Shown here: piece by piece, positions 12,342-22,631 of the stretch
Layout of the letters: each line of letters opens with the position of its first letter
Numbering within the stretch: the first letter of the stretch is position 1
Assembly (NCBI GenBank): GCA_010093815.1
Contig: ML996565.1
Strand: one strand, 5' to 3'
DNA: 64,000 nt
Origin: Pseudovirgaria hyperparasitica
Taxonomy: Eukaryota
Position numbers and translations under genes: made by a program
The notes under the pieces: generated by a model
Told to the model about the DNA's origin: nothing
Databases searched by the model: none
Seen by the model: the letters and a program-made list of their open reading frames with translations, nothing else

Positions 12342-13592
12342 ATGGGCCAAGTACGCACACTCCACGAATACCTGATTCAGGAGAATCCTGCAATTACTAG
12401 ACATGCTATCGTGAGTAAATTTGTGGATCTTGAATCAGTCCATACTAACACTAGAGATCAGCTGAGACCAACCAAGCCTCGAGACAAGAGACTTTCCATC
12501 TCCGGTACGAGCAAACATAGTACCCCCAAAGGCACTAAGAAATCCGGTAGCAAGCCGGCGAGATATCCGAAGCCGTTGATCATCAGGGACTGGAAAACAC
12601 TTGAACCAGAGCCACTCTTGGATGTGCTCCAGAAGACTCTATCTCAACGAAAATCGAGTTTACGTGACCCACCTTTCCTGCATAGGCCACTACTCCAAAT
12701 CAGCAACGAAAACTCTCTGGAGTCAGTCTTGATTCAATCCAATCAATTTATTATACTAGAAGCTCTAGAGAATACTCCCCGCCAAGTCGTACCTCCGATG
12801 AGACTAGTCCGAGGAGGGCAAGCATACCTGCGAGACCGGACAGAACCAAAATTTCTCCCTGATTGGGCTAGTATATGTGGCGAAGAGAATGATATCAACA
12901 TACTCCCAGGCGAGACCAAAACTGGGTGGAGCTGGGACAGCACTGTAGTCTCCGATATCACCGACGAGGCCACAGGGGAAGTCACTTGCACTACGAGCGA
13001 CGCGCGTCTTTCGCCCATCGCCCAAGTTCTGTGGTATTGCATTCTTGGAAGGGCGCGCTACGGATATATCATCACGAATTTGGAGCTGGTAGCTCTGCGC
13101 ATTGGCAGCTATGAGCCGAACAGTCCTGGGGCCCGCATGAGCGACGTCATCGGCAACGTCACAGACGCAGCCATCGTCGAGTACAAAGCCATCGAGTGGT
13201 CGCGATACGGCAAGAAGGACGAGTTCACGATCAATCTTCTGCTCTGGATCCTGCATCTCCTGGCCGTGTACCGAGGCAAACTAGACAACGCCTCCCTCGA
13301 GGATATCGTCGAGGCCGAGATCCTGAGGCCGGTCGCGAATGGCATGGTCTACATTGTCCGTGATATGGAACCGGAGTCTGAGAGCGACACGGATGCAGAG
13401 GACACTCATGAACAGGATGTGGGTTTGGAGATCAGTCGTGACGGAGACACCGAATCAGATCGGCCGGTGGTATCACCGCCGCCCTCCTTCCGTATTCCGG
13501 AATCGCGTTCGCACCGCGAAGATTCTGCTCTACCTACCACTCCGCAGAAGAGAAAGCGTGAGGGCAGACCCTTGCGTCCTCGTAAGAAGTAA
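12342..13592 (+). CDS. Fungal-specific protein with PD-(D/E)xK restriction-endonuclease-like motifs and a C-terminal NLS-like basic tail
   Basis: 416-aa ORF containing PDWA (12858-), PGETK (-12920), AQVLWYC...RYGYIITNLELVALRI (13020-), then an acidic stretch and QKRKREGRPLRPRKK. Possible in-frame intron at 12411-12461. Confidence 0.7.
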   Translation: MGQVRTLHEYLIQENPAITRHAIVSKFVDLESVHTNTRDQLRPTKPRDKRLSISGTSKHSTPKGTKKSGSKPARYPKPLIIRDWKTLEPEPLLDVLQKTLSQRKSSLRDPPFLHRPLLQISNENSLESVLIQSNQFIILEALENTPRQVVPPMRLVRGGQAYLRDRTEPKFLPDWASICGEENDINILPGETKTGWSWDSTVVSDITDEATGEVTCTTSDARLSPIAQVLWYCILGRARYGYIITNLELVALRIGSYEPNSPGARMSDVIGNVTDAAIVEYKAIEWSRYGKKDEFTINLLLWILHLLAVYRGKLDNASLEDIVEAEILRPVANGMVYIVRDMEPESESDTDAEDTHEQDVGLEISRDGDTESDRPVVSPPPSFRIPESRSHREDSALPTTPQKRKREGRPLRPRKK

Positions 13593-13598
13593 GAAATA

Positions 13599-13920
13599 CT
13601 AGACACATAGGGGTGAGGCCAGAGTGACTGCTGGACCACGCACGATATCAGGTGTTGGGTTGGGTAGTTTAGTGGTAGAATCGAGCATGTTGGGATGGAG
13701 TTCGTGGTGTTTTTGTTTCCAACGTCGACGTTTCTTTTCGAAATAGCATAGAATGCGCTCTAGCAACCTCGTCCGAGCATACTCCAAAGTCCTCATCCAC
13801 ACACTTCTATGCACCCACTTCCGATCCCACAACTCCTAAAATAGATGTGTGGCGAGGGGGTGGTAGACAGGTTCGTAGATCGGTTTGAGGCCTTGGATAT
13901 AGGGGATGTGGTTTGTCGCG
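13599..13920 (-). pseudogene. Possible degenerate gene fragment
   Basis: Protein-like frame TNHIPYIQGLKPIYEPVYHPLATHLF*ELWDRKWVHRSVWMRTLEYARTRLLERILCYF interrupted by a single TAG; no evident start codon. Confidence 0.25.
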
Positions 13921-14087
13921 CGAGGGCGAGTAAAGAGTAAAGGCTTCAAGCATATTTCTGTATCGTACAAAGTTCAACCTAACACACTTCTCAGTATCTC
14001 ACGTAGATATAATCTCACTCACACAACCTACCATCGACCCGTCTGACCCGCCCATCCATCTCCTCACAAAACACCCCATCCCCCAAA

Positions 14088-15821
14088 TCAAGCCCTAACC
14101 CCCCAAACAAGCAACCTCCCTACCCCCTCCCCCTCTCCATATCCATCCCCACGTCCATACCCACCACCACCACCACCACCACCACCACCCCCAACCCACC
14201 CAAAACAAAGCGTAACCCGCACCCCCGCCATCCTCTCCTCCAAATACCTCAACACCTCCACCTCACACCCAACCAACTCCCCCACCGACCGCCCAAACAA
14301 CTGCCCCCACGCCTCCTCCGAAAACACAGCCTTCCCACCCCGCAAACACCCTGTCTCATCAACCACCTCGCCCAGCACATCCGGATTCAGCGCCAGCGCA
14401 ACACCCTGCCCACCGTCATCATCATCATTATCCTCCTCACACCGCGAACAAGCCGCCACAACCGCAGAAGCATACACCCCGACCCCACACCGCGGACAAG
14501 CAGCACACATAAGCATGCACCGCCTCCTGAGCCGCACAAGACAGACACGCGAGATAAGCACGCTGACATAGCCAGACAGTGTATCAGCGGGGTTCGCACG
14601 AGCCGCGGCGTCGATGTCAGCGAGGGTATAGCGGATTCTGAGGGCCGAGGATGCGGCGGCGTGGATGTTGAAGATGTGCTGGGGTGGGAAGGGAGGGTTG
14701 ATGTGGGATTGGATGGCGCGGTGGAGGGCGTAGGTGCGGAGGTGGGTTGTTGCTGGGATTGCAGGGTTTATGTCGAGGGTTGAGGTTTGGGAGAGGGTTA
14801 GGGAGGGGGTGGAGTTGGGGGAGAGGTGGAGGGATGGGGATGTGAGGAGGAGGATTGTGTGGGAGGGGTGGAAGAGGGGGGTTGAGGAGGGGGCGTGGGC
14901 GAAGAGGGTGAGGGTGCAGGAGGTTGTGGTGTCGAAGATTGTGAGGGGGGTGAGGGTTGTTGTGGTGTTTTGTTTGTTTGTGACTGTTTTGAGGGTGGGA
15001 GTGTTAGTATGGGTTGTGCTGAGGGGGGATACTGGGGGAATGGTTACTAGTCTTCTTTGCGCCTATGCTCTCTACGCATACGAGGACTCTTCCCTCCTCG
15101 ACTTCGTGGCCGCCGTCCAGGTAGGACCTCAGCGTCATGAGCTTCGACAGATGCTGTCCCTCGATGTAGCCTTTTGGAATTTTGCAGAGCCGTCCGTCGT
15201 CACTGCGGACATGCACCATGATGTGACACAATCGTTCTCTCTCAGGAAACACGCTTGCAAAGAGCGGTGCGTTGCTCGGGGCAAGACTGGCATGATCACC
15301 GTTGGAGATGTGCTGTGTCCACACACTGACAAGCTGTCCGAGACGAAGCGTATACACAGTCTTTGCATACCATAAGCGGACCTGCGAGCGATGTGAGTAG
15401 TAGGCCACAAACTAGAAGCCCAGTGTGGAACATCGCCATCGCTGGTGTATTCAGCCTGTAGCTGAGCACACGACACACATACCGTGACAGTGCCGGTATC
15501 GTCCCTCAGCACCATCTTCAAGCACCCTTTGGCCGCCTTGGGCTTCTTACTCGGCGTGACCAGATCGAATACGTTCACTATCCTGCCCATGAACGTCACA
15601 CATCTCGGACCAGGCACAAGGTCGGCAATGTCAGTCTCTTCGTAGTCGCGAGTCGGTGTCCAATTGGTGTTTACTGGTGGGTTGATCACGCTGTTAACGT
15701 CTTCTGCTGAGAAGCCATCGCCAGTCAGGTCTTTTCCTAGCTCCGAGCTCGAGCCGCTCCGCGATATTGATGCAAACGTGGGCTGGAAGAAGGACTGTAC
15801 GGAAGGAAAGGTAGAAGACAT
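14088..15821 (-). CDS. MEIOB-like triple OB-fold ssDNA-binding protein with Zn ribbon
   Basis: OB1: DIADLVPGPRCVTFMGRIVN...LRDDTG. OB2: VLVCVESIGAKK...IFDTT...HTILLL...DINPAIP. OB3: CPRC...CSRC...VVDETG...WGQLFG. This matches the RPA1-paralog MEIOB layout. Introns at about 15383-15482 and 14985-15048. Confidence 0.7.
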
Positions 15822-16271
15822 TATTGCGTGAGGTGACTTTCCATGAGCGTACATAAGAAGGTTGAGAAAGAGAGAGAAGAGTCAGGACGTAGAGGTGAGG
15901 CCGGTGACGGAATTTAGTCAGCTCCTTATTCCCGTTTCCTACCATATGAATCTGAAATTCTCACAAATACGCAAAGAAACATTACTACATGAATGACCTA
16001 CCTTCTTAATGAAAATAATGGAAAGAAGTGTCATAGAGTACAGCAGTGCGTGGTAGCGTCAAATTGACTTTGATATTCGCAAATATCATCGTCAATGGCG
16101 ATCAGAACACGTGGGTTGAAGCTTCATATCTCAATTTCTATAGGGCTATTTGAAACATTTTACCTCAATCGCTGACGCAGGCCAAGATCCTCGTCCATCG
16201 TGTCGTGAAGTGGCTATCCGCGAGCCACGTCTGTCGCATGCACATGTATCGGTAGGCACATCCAAGACTTT

Positions 16272-18913
16272 TTAGATGAGTTGCTGGAAGGCACGGTTAA
16301 GCGGCGAGCGGAGAGGCTTGACGTCCTTGTAGAACTCGACGGTTGCGGCCGCACGCTTAGCGATGCCCTCAGGAGTGAATTCGAATTTCTGGAAACGTCA
16401 ATAATGTGAAGAGAGTCCGAATCTACGTCTAAACTTACCTTGTAGACCTCCTTGTATGGTCCAGAAGCACCAAATCGGTTAAGACCAAACTGCTCATGAC
16501 TGTACTTCTCCCATCCGAGAGTGGACATGACCTCAACAGACATGGATGCAATACCGTCGGGGATAACGCTGAGCTTGTACTCCTTGTCCTGGGCATCGAA
16601 CACTTCGACACAAGGCAGGGATGCGACACGAGCTGGGATACCTTGCTCCTTGAGCACCTTGACGGCCTCAAGACAGAGTGACACCTCGGAACCAGTCGAT
16701 ACTAGGGTGATCTTCGCGTCTTTGTCTTCGAGGGCAACGTAGCCTCCCTTGATGGCTCTCTCGATGGTAGAGCCCTCGAGCTGAGGAAGGTTCTGACGGG
16801 TAAGGGCAAGGATAGAAGGAGTGCTCTTGGACGTGAGAGCCATGTAGTAGGCAGCAGAAGTCTCGTTACCGTCAGCTGGGCGCCATACCATCATGTTGGG
16901 CAGCGCTCGGAAATGGGCAAGAGTCTCGATAGGCTGATGAGTCGGGCCATCCTCACCAAGACCGATCGAGTCGTGGGTGGCGATGTAAATGACACGCTGG
17001 TGTGAGAGGGACGAGAGACGGACAGATCCAGCAGCATATGAGACGAAGTTCAGGAAAGTACCACCAGCAGGAATGATGGTTCCGTAGGCGGATAGACCGT
17101 TCATGATACCAGCCATCGCATGCTCACGCACACCATACCGGAGATAACGTCCGGACCAGTCTCCAATGCCAAGGTTGGGGGGTTGGAAGTCGACTGCCTT
17201 CTTCCACCGGGTGTTGTTGGAGCCAGTCAGGTCAGCAGATCCGGAGAGGAGTTCAGGCACGGCTTCGTAGATGGCCTCTAGTACTGACTCTGAAAGCTTA
17301 CGCGAGGCAATGGCGGCATCACCTGGCTTGTATGTTGGCAGCTTATCTTGCCATCCCTCTGGTAGGTCTCCCTTCAGACGACGGGTGAGGTCCTTGTGTA
17401 GGTCTCCGTGCTCCTTGCCATAGCTTTCGAAAAGCTTGTTCCACTCTTGTTCAGCAGCAGCGCCGTCTGCGGCATGCTTGTGGTACAGGTCCGTGACTTC
17501 TTGAGGGACGACAAAGGTCTTCTCAGGGTCGAATCCGAACTTCTGCTTGACTTGCTGAATATCGTCGGACTTGAGAGGGTTTCCGTGAACACCGCCGGTA
17601 CCCTGAAGCTTGGAGCCGAAACCGATGGTGGTTGTGAGGCGGATCATGGAAGGCTTGTCCTTCACTTCCTTGGCTGCCTTGATAGCGGCCTCAATACCCT
17701 CGAGGTCGTTGTCACCATCCTTGACCCACTGGACGTGCCAGCCATATGACTCGAATCGCTTCGTAACGTCTTCAGTGAAAGCACACTTGGTGTCGCCGTC
17801 TGCAGATTAATTAGTCGGTCATGTTTTTCAAAACTCAATCATCATGCTAACCAATAGAGATATGGTTGTCGTCGTATACGGCAATCAGGTTGCCTAGCTG
17901 CAGGTGACCAGCAGTGCTAGCAGCTTCACTGGCGATACCCTCCATGGCGCATCCATCACCAAAGAACATGTAGATGTGGTTGTTCACCAGCTCGAATCCG
18001 GGCTTGTTGAACACAGCAGCGGTGTGCTGTTGTGCAATAGCCAGACCGACGGCATTGGCGAAACCCTGACCCAGAGGACCGGTTGTGACCTCAACACCTG
18101 GGGTATCATGTGCTTCCGGGTGACCTGGGGTGATGCTGTCGATTTGCTGCTATCTATGAGCGAGGAAGCCATTGTGAACCACACTCTTGGTACTTACGCG
18201 GAAGTTCTTTAGGTCATCTAGAGAGACGCCGTAGCCGAAAAGGTGTAGCAAAGCATACTGGAGCATGCATCCATGTCCGTTCCTATGAGAATAGAGTTAG
18301 CGTCAGCTTACAACAGCTGTGTCGATTCGAATGTGCAACCCGCACGACTGCCAATGGCTAGAGATCGACATCCGGGTACTTTGAGCAAACTTCTCTTCCG
18401 CTCGTCACACAAAGATCCTTATCAGCAATGCTGACAAGAGGCAATCACGCCCCGAGTAAGCCAACACCGGCTGTCCTCGATCCTTCGAAGCTCCCAGTAC
18501 CATCCCACTGCCTCGCTTGCTACAGATATGAAAAGGCTAGGACGTACGATAGCACGAAACGATCGCGATTCAACCAGTCGGGGTTTTTTGGGTTGAAAGT
18601 CATGAACTTGTTGAAGAGGACGTGGGCGACTGGCGCCATGCCCATAGGGGCTCCGGGATGACCGGAGTTCGCAGCGGCGGTAGCATCGATCTAGGATAGC
18701 AGAATGATTAGATTGTATTGTCAATTTGACGCTGGCTTTGATGGCTGGGGAGAATTGGCCGAAAGAACAAAGGGTACTGTATGTTGAGCTGAGAGCTCAT
18801 CAATAGTGGGGTAGGGTAGTAGCGGGAAGCTGAAGGATAGATAGAGTGGAAGTACTTACGGCGAGGGTACGGATTGTGTTGATGGCAAGCTGGTCAACGT
18901 CTGTGTAGCCCAT
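16272..18913 (-). CDS. TKL1: Transketolase
   Basis: [53 protein letters not shown] (TPP motif), [24 protein letters not shown] and C-terminal [12 protein letters not shown]. Several introns. Confidence 0.97.
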
Positions 18914-19161
18914 GGTGAAAGGCGGATTGAATGGGTATAATTGGGATATTGTAGTCGGAAGAAAAGTTTCGGAGGGAGAGAGGGAGACGATAAAAAGAAA
19001 CAGAGCAACAGGAACTGCGTTGTTGGGCTTGGCTTGCCCCTCCATCCATGATGAAATGTCCACGCTAGTTGGGGGGACCCGCCCAGTTACAATTCATCTG
19101 TGACTTTTGTAGCATGGCACTTGGCATTCCTCAACCCGCAATTTGAGATGTATATATCTGG

Positions 19162-19185
19162 ATATATATATATATATATATATAT
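19162..19185. repeat. (AT)12 microsatellite upstream of TKL1
   Basis: Perfect dinucleotide run read directly from the sequence. Confidence 0.9.
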
Positions 19186-19669
19186 CCTGAGTATGGATAG
19201 CCATGGGGTTGTAAGAGCTCTGCGAGTTTAGGTTCATTCGTACATACGTACAAGAAACAGTTATAGTCTGTGCTAGAAAGTAGTAGTATATAATCAATAC
19301 CTCCTTATTCATATACACGAAATACCACCGACTCTATTGGATAAAGATAAATACCAACATATCCCATAGAGCAAGGTCTATTTATGTATGTATTAGAATG
19401 GACCGATCCAGTGCTTAGTAACAGTGCGACGGATTCCACCAGTAATTAGTAAACACTATTGACACATCGCCACGGACGACCGGTCGCGGAAGTGTCTCCG
19501 ACATCGCGTCGGCGCCTAAGGCAGAAGGACTTGAAGACCCTTACCCTCTTGGCATATCCGGCTTACCACATTAAGCCACCTCCGGCCACATCTCCATATA
19601 ATCCATTCATTCATTCATTATTACCCCCAAGAAACCACAAAACCCAACCAAAAAACAAGTAAAAGGAAC

Positions 19670-19775
19670 AGGGGATACTGAGGGTCGAACTCAGAACCTC
19701 TTGATCTCACATCCCATGTACATACAATACATACATCATCGTAGTCAAGCACTCTGACCATTGAGCTATATCCCC
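19670..19775 (-). tRNA. tRNA-Arg(ACG) with 33-nt intron (19706-19738)
   Basis: Acceptor stem GGGGATA/TATCCCC, D-arm GCTC-AATGGTCA-GAGT, anticodon stem CTTGA/TCAAG with CT-ACG-A, T-arm CTGAG-TTCGACC-CTCAG, and downstream oligo-T Pol III terminator runs. Confidence 0.92.
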
Positions 19776-20264
19776 ATTTCGTTGACCGTGCACTCGTTTC
19801 ATGCGCCATAAAAAGTATTAAAATCCCTTGTCCACTTAGGTCTCTGCAGCGTATTGTGTCACGATCGATGATGAATAATGGTGGCACAGTTGGGAATGAA
19901 CAATGTATGATGTACTGCTAAATTTTTCATTTCATTTCCAAATTAAAACTATGATACAATGCCACTTTGATATCGTGGATGCGGATTTTGCTCTGATAGG
20001 TTCTATGCAATGCTAGAAAGAGTGCTCACGATGCCCACCCACCTACCCAGACCCAGACCTGGACCGAAAAAGCTTGCAAGAAATCAAATGAATGGGGTAT
20101 CTTTGCTGTTTACAATTGACGCAAAGGAAACGTGGTTTTTTGTGTGTATGTGTGTGTGCGTGTCTCACCTGGAGGACGGACCACCAATACCATATTAAAA
20201 GACCCCCCTTCCCCAGAAATAAAGAGGTCGCGACCTGCAGCCTACAGATCCTCATTATCCCACC

Positions 20265-22631
20265 CTACGAGACCGAGAGAAACAGATCCTGTCCCCGGCG
20301 CGTCGGCGTGATGCGCGGCGCCCACATCGGGCTCTTCAACGGGCCGAACATATCCGCACTGCCAGGCCCAGACTTGACCGCGAGCTGCGAGTACGTGACC
20401 TGCTGAGGCAGCGTGCCATCACTACCCACTCTGCTATGCGTCGTGTTGCTGGAGCGGAGACTAGACGAGATCGGGCTGACAAACAGGCGCTTTTCGAGAT
20501 CCTGAGCTGCGTCGTCGCCGCGGCGCTTCTGTAGCAGTGAGGGTCGCGTGTCGAGTGTGAGGGAGCCATGTGAGCTGCGGGGACTGCGGGGGACGGCTTG
20601 ATTGGATGCGCGAGGGATCTTGGGGTATTTCAGCCCGGAGATGGGCGATTCTGGGATGGCGGGTAGAGTCTTTTCTTCGTCTGATGGGGGCGTGGGCTCG
20701 TCCATGTCGGCGGTCTCGAAGGTCGTGCAGGAAGCCATTGAGTCCCGGACGGATGCCGACTTGTGCGTCGAGCTCCGAGACAGCGGTGTGGATGTTTTGG
20801 TTGAGCCGGCTGTGCCGATATCTATGATTCTTGGTGACTTGCTCGGTTTGTCAACTTTTCCAGCACCAGCCGTACTTCGTGGGCTGGCGTAGTACTTCGG
20901 TACATAACCTTCGGAACCGTCGGTGCTAGTACTATCGTTGCTGCCACGTTTTCGGCTCGTTGTTGGTGGTGTTCCCACTAGGTTCGCCATATTTGGTGTT
21001 CTAGGAGGGACTTCGGTCGCTGGTGATGTATACTCGGGGGCCGCAAACACTCTTGTAGGCAGTGGCTTTGCGGACAATGGCTTTGGAGGTAGTATTGGGG
21101 AAGACGCTTGTGAAAGGAAGGTCTCAAAGTTTGGTAGCAGAGGTGTCCGTGACTGTCTGATGGGTATGTTGAGAGACAACACGGGCGGCTCCTTAGGCCC
21201 GCCTAAGCTGGATTTGATGGGAGCAGGGGTGAACGGCATAGATGGCTCTGACGCTGACGGCGCCTTCGGAACGGACACTGGAATTGGAGGAACAGGAAAA
21301 GGCGGAGGCGGCGTGGGTGGATGGCTTACTTGACGCATTGAGTGGTTTAGTGGCCGAGGCACCATTGTAGGGTCTGCAAAGGGGCTCATTTGAGTGGGTG
21401 GGGTTGGAAGTTCAGTCAGAGCATTCGCTGCTGAGAGTCGAGCAAGGGGCGGGCGAGCCGCTTGACTCTGCCGCACTGATCTGCTGTATCGATCTTCTTC
21501 GAACACTGTCAGACCAGACGCCGTACTCGTTGGACGAGCGAGCTGAGGTGAAGGCTTTGCCGGGAGAAGACGTGAGACTGTTCTCGTGCTTCTCATGCTA
21601 TCTGGAGACGTTCCAAGATCCGACTCTGGACTAATAGCCAAACCAATCTGCTCCACTGGAATATCTGGATTGATCCACTGTGATCTTGGTCGCTGGTCGT
21701 TCAATTGCAGCCTGGGAAGATTCGTCCGTACTGGCGCCAGGCCGACGACGGACCGACGCGGTGACGGAGTTGTCGACCTTGGAGGCGCGGGAGCTATACC
21801 AACTCCTCCAGGGCCACTGCGAGGATCTCTTAACACCTTAAAAGGCAACATGAGTGGCTTCAAGGATGAATTACCCTCCCCATCGCGGCTTCCTGGAGGA
21901 CTTCGTTTTTCACTTTTGTTTTCCATACGATCAAATTTCGCTTGCTCCATAGCTCGTCGTCTTCGCCGTTGCTGAGTACAGGTCACAAGAATGATTGCAC
22001 CAGTAGCGAGGATAAGAGCCGAGGCCCCAGCAACGGATATGCCCACGATCTGAGGGGTGCTCAATGGTCCCGTGGAGTGAGGTGCTGGTGCTACCGCAGC
22101 TGACGGCCCCGGTGTAGCATCCGAAGCTGCACCTGGAGTCTCATTTGGAATTGATGTCGTTATTGGCGTAGGCATGTACGGCCACAACATCATCGTACCT
22201 TTTACTTCTGACGTACTCGATGTAATTAACGGTGGGGCTGTTGACACGGTCGTTGATGGAGGGAACCGGGTGATGGGTATTGAGCCCATAGTTCGCTGGA
22301 CTGCCTTTGGCTGACCAACGCAGACGTTATATATACGTGATGCTTCCTCCTTATCACTCTGGCAGTTCATGTAGAAGCACCGCAATGCCGCTTCTCCGAA
22401 AGTGAAGCCGTTGCTGTCATAGGCTGCGCAGTAGCACTGGATGTCGTTCGTGCCACTATCTTTACAATCAGAAGAAAAAGTCGTCGCTAGAGACTCGCGC
22501 AGACACTCCCTTGCACACTCTGGTACAACAGACAACTCGTATGGAATTTCAGCATCATGAATGCTTTGAGGATATGCTAAAGACACAGGAAATGCCGTGG
22601 CAATGAGAAGAGCGCAGAGTCTAAGAATCAT
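20265..22631 (-). CDS. CFEM-like domain single-pass membrane protein with long Pro/Ser-rich cytoplasmic tail
   Basis: Signal peptide, 8-Cys module (VPECARECL...C...CYC...C...C...C), Thr/Pro-rich stalk, TM helix IVGISVAGASALILATGAIILV followed by RRRRR. Single 788-aa ORF. Confidence 0.8.
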   Translation of the reverse strand: MILRLCALLIATAFPVSLAYPQSIHDAEIPYELSVVPECARECLRESLATTFSSDCKDSGTNDIQCYCAAYDSNGFTFGEAALRCFYMNCQSDKEEASRIYNVCVGQPKAVQRTMGSIPITRFPPSTTVSTAPPLITSSTSEVKGTMMLWPYMPTPITTSIPNETPGAASDATPGPSAAVAPAPHSTGPLSTPQIVGISVAGASALILATGAIILVTCTQQRRRRRAMEQAKFDRMENKSEKRSPPGSRDGEGNSSLKPLMLPFKVLRDPRSGPGGVGIAPAPPRSTTPSPRRSVVGLAPVRTNLPRLQLNDQRPRSQWINPDIPVEQIGLAISPESDLGTSPDSMRSTRTVSRLLPAKPSPQLARPTSTASGLTVFEEDRYSRSVRQSQAARPPLARLSAANALTELPTPPTQMSPFADPTMVPRPLNHSMRQVSHPPTPPPPFPVPPIPVSVPKAPSASEPSMPFTPAPIKSSLGGPKEPPVLSLNIPIRQSRTPLLPNFETFLSQASSPILPPKPLSAKPLPTRVFAAPEYTSPATEVPPRTPNMANLVGTPPTTSRKRGSNDSTSTDGSEGYVPKYYASPRSTAGAGKVDKPSKSPRIIDIGTAGSTKTSTPLSRSSTHKSASVRDSMASCTTFETADMDEPTPPSDEEKTLPAIPESPISGLKYPKIPRASNQAVPRSPRSSHGSLTLDTRPSLLQKRRGDDAAQDLEKRLFVSPISSSLRSSNTTHSRVGSDGTLPQQVTYSQLAVKSGPGSADMFGPLKSPMWAPRITPTRRGQDLFLSVS

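Noticed and set aside
10300..14000. Transposon origin of the accessory island
   Set aside because: No transposase or recombinase ORF, terminal inverted repeats or target-site duplication could be identified by eye.
18283..18545. Possible TPP riboswitch in the long transketolase intron
   Set aside because: Fungal TPP riboswitches are intronic and the enzyme uses TPP, but the conserved CUGAGA...AUACC...GAACUUGAU...GAUAAU..CAGCG core is not present.
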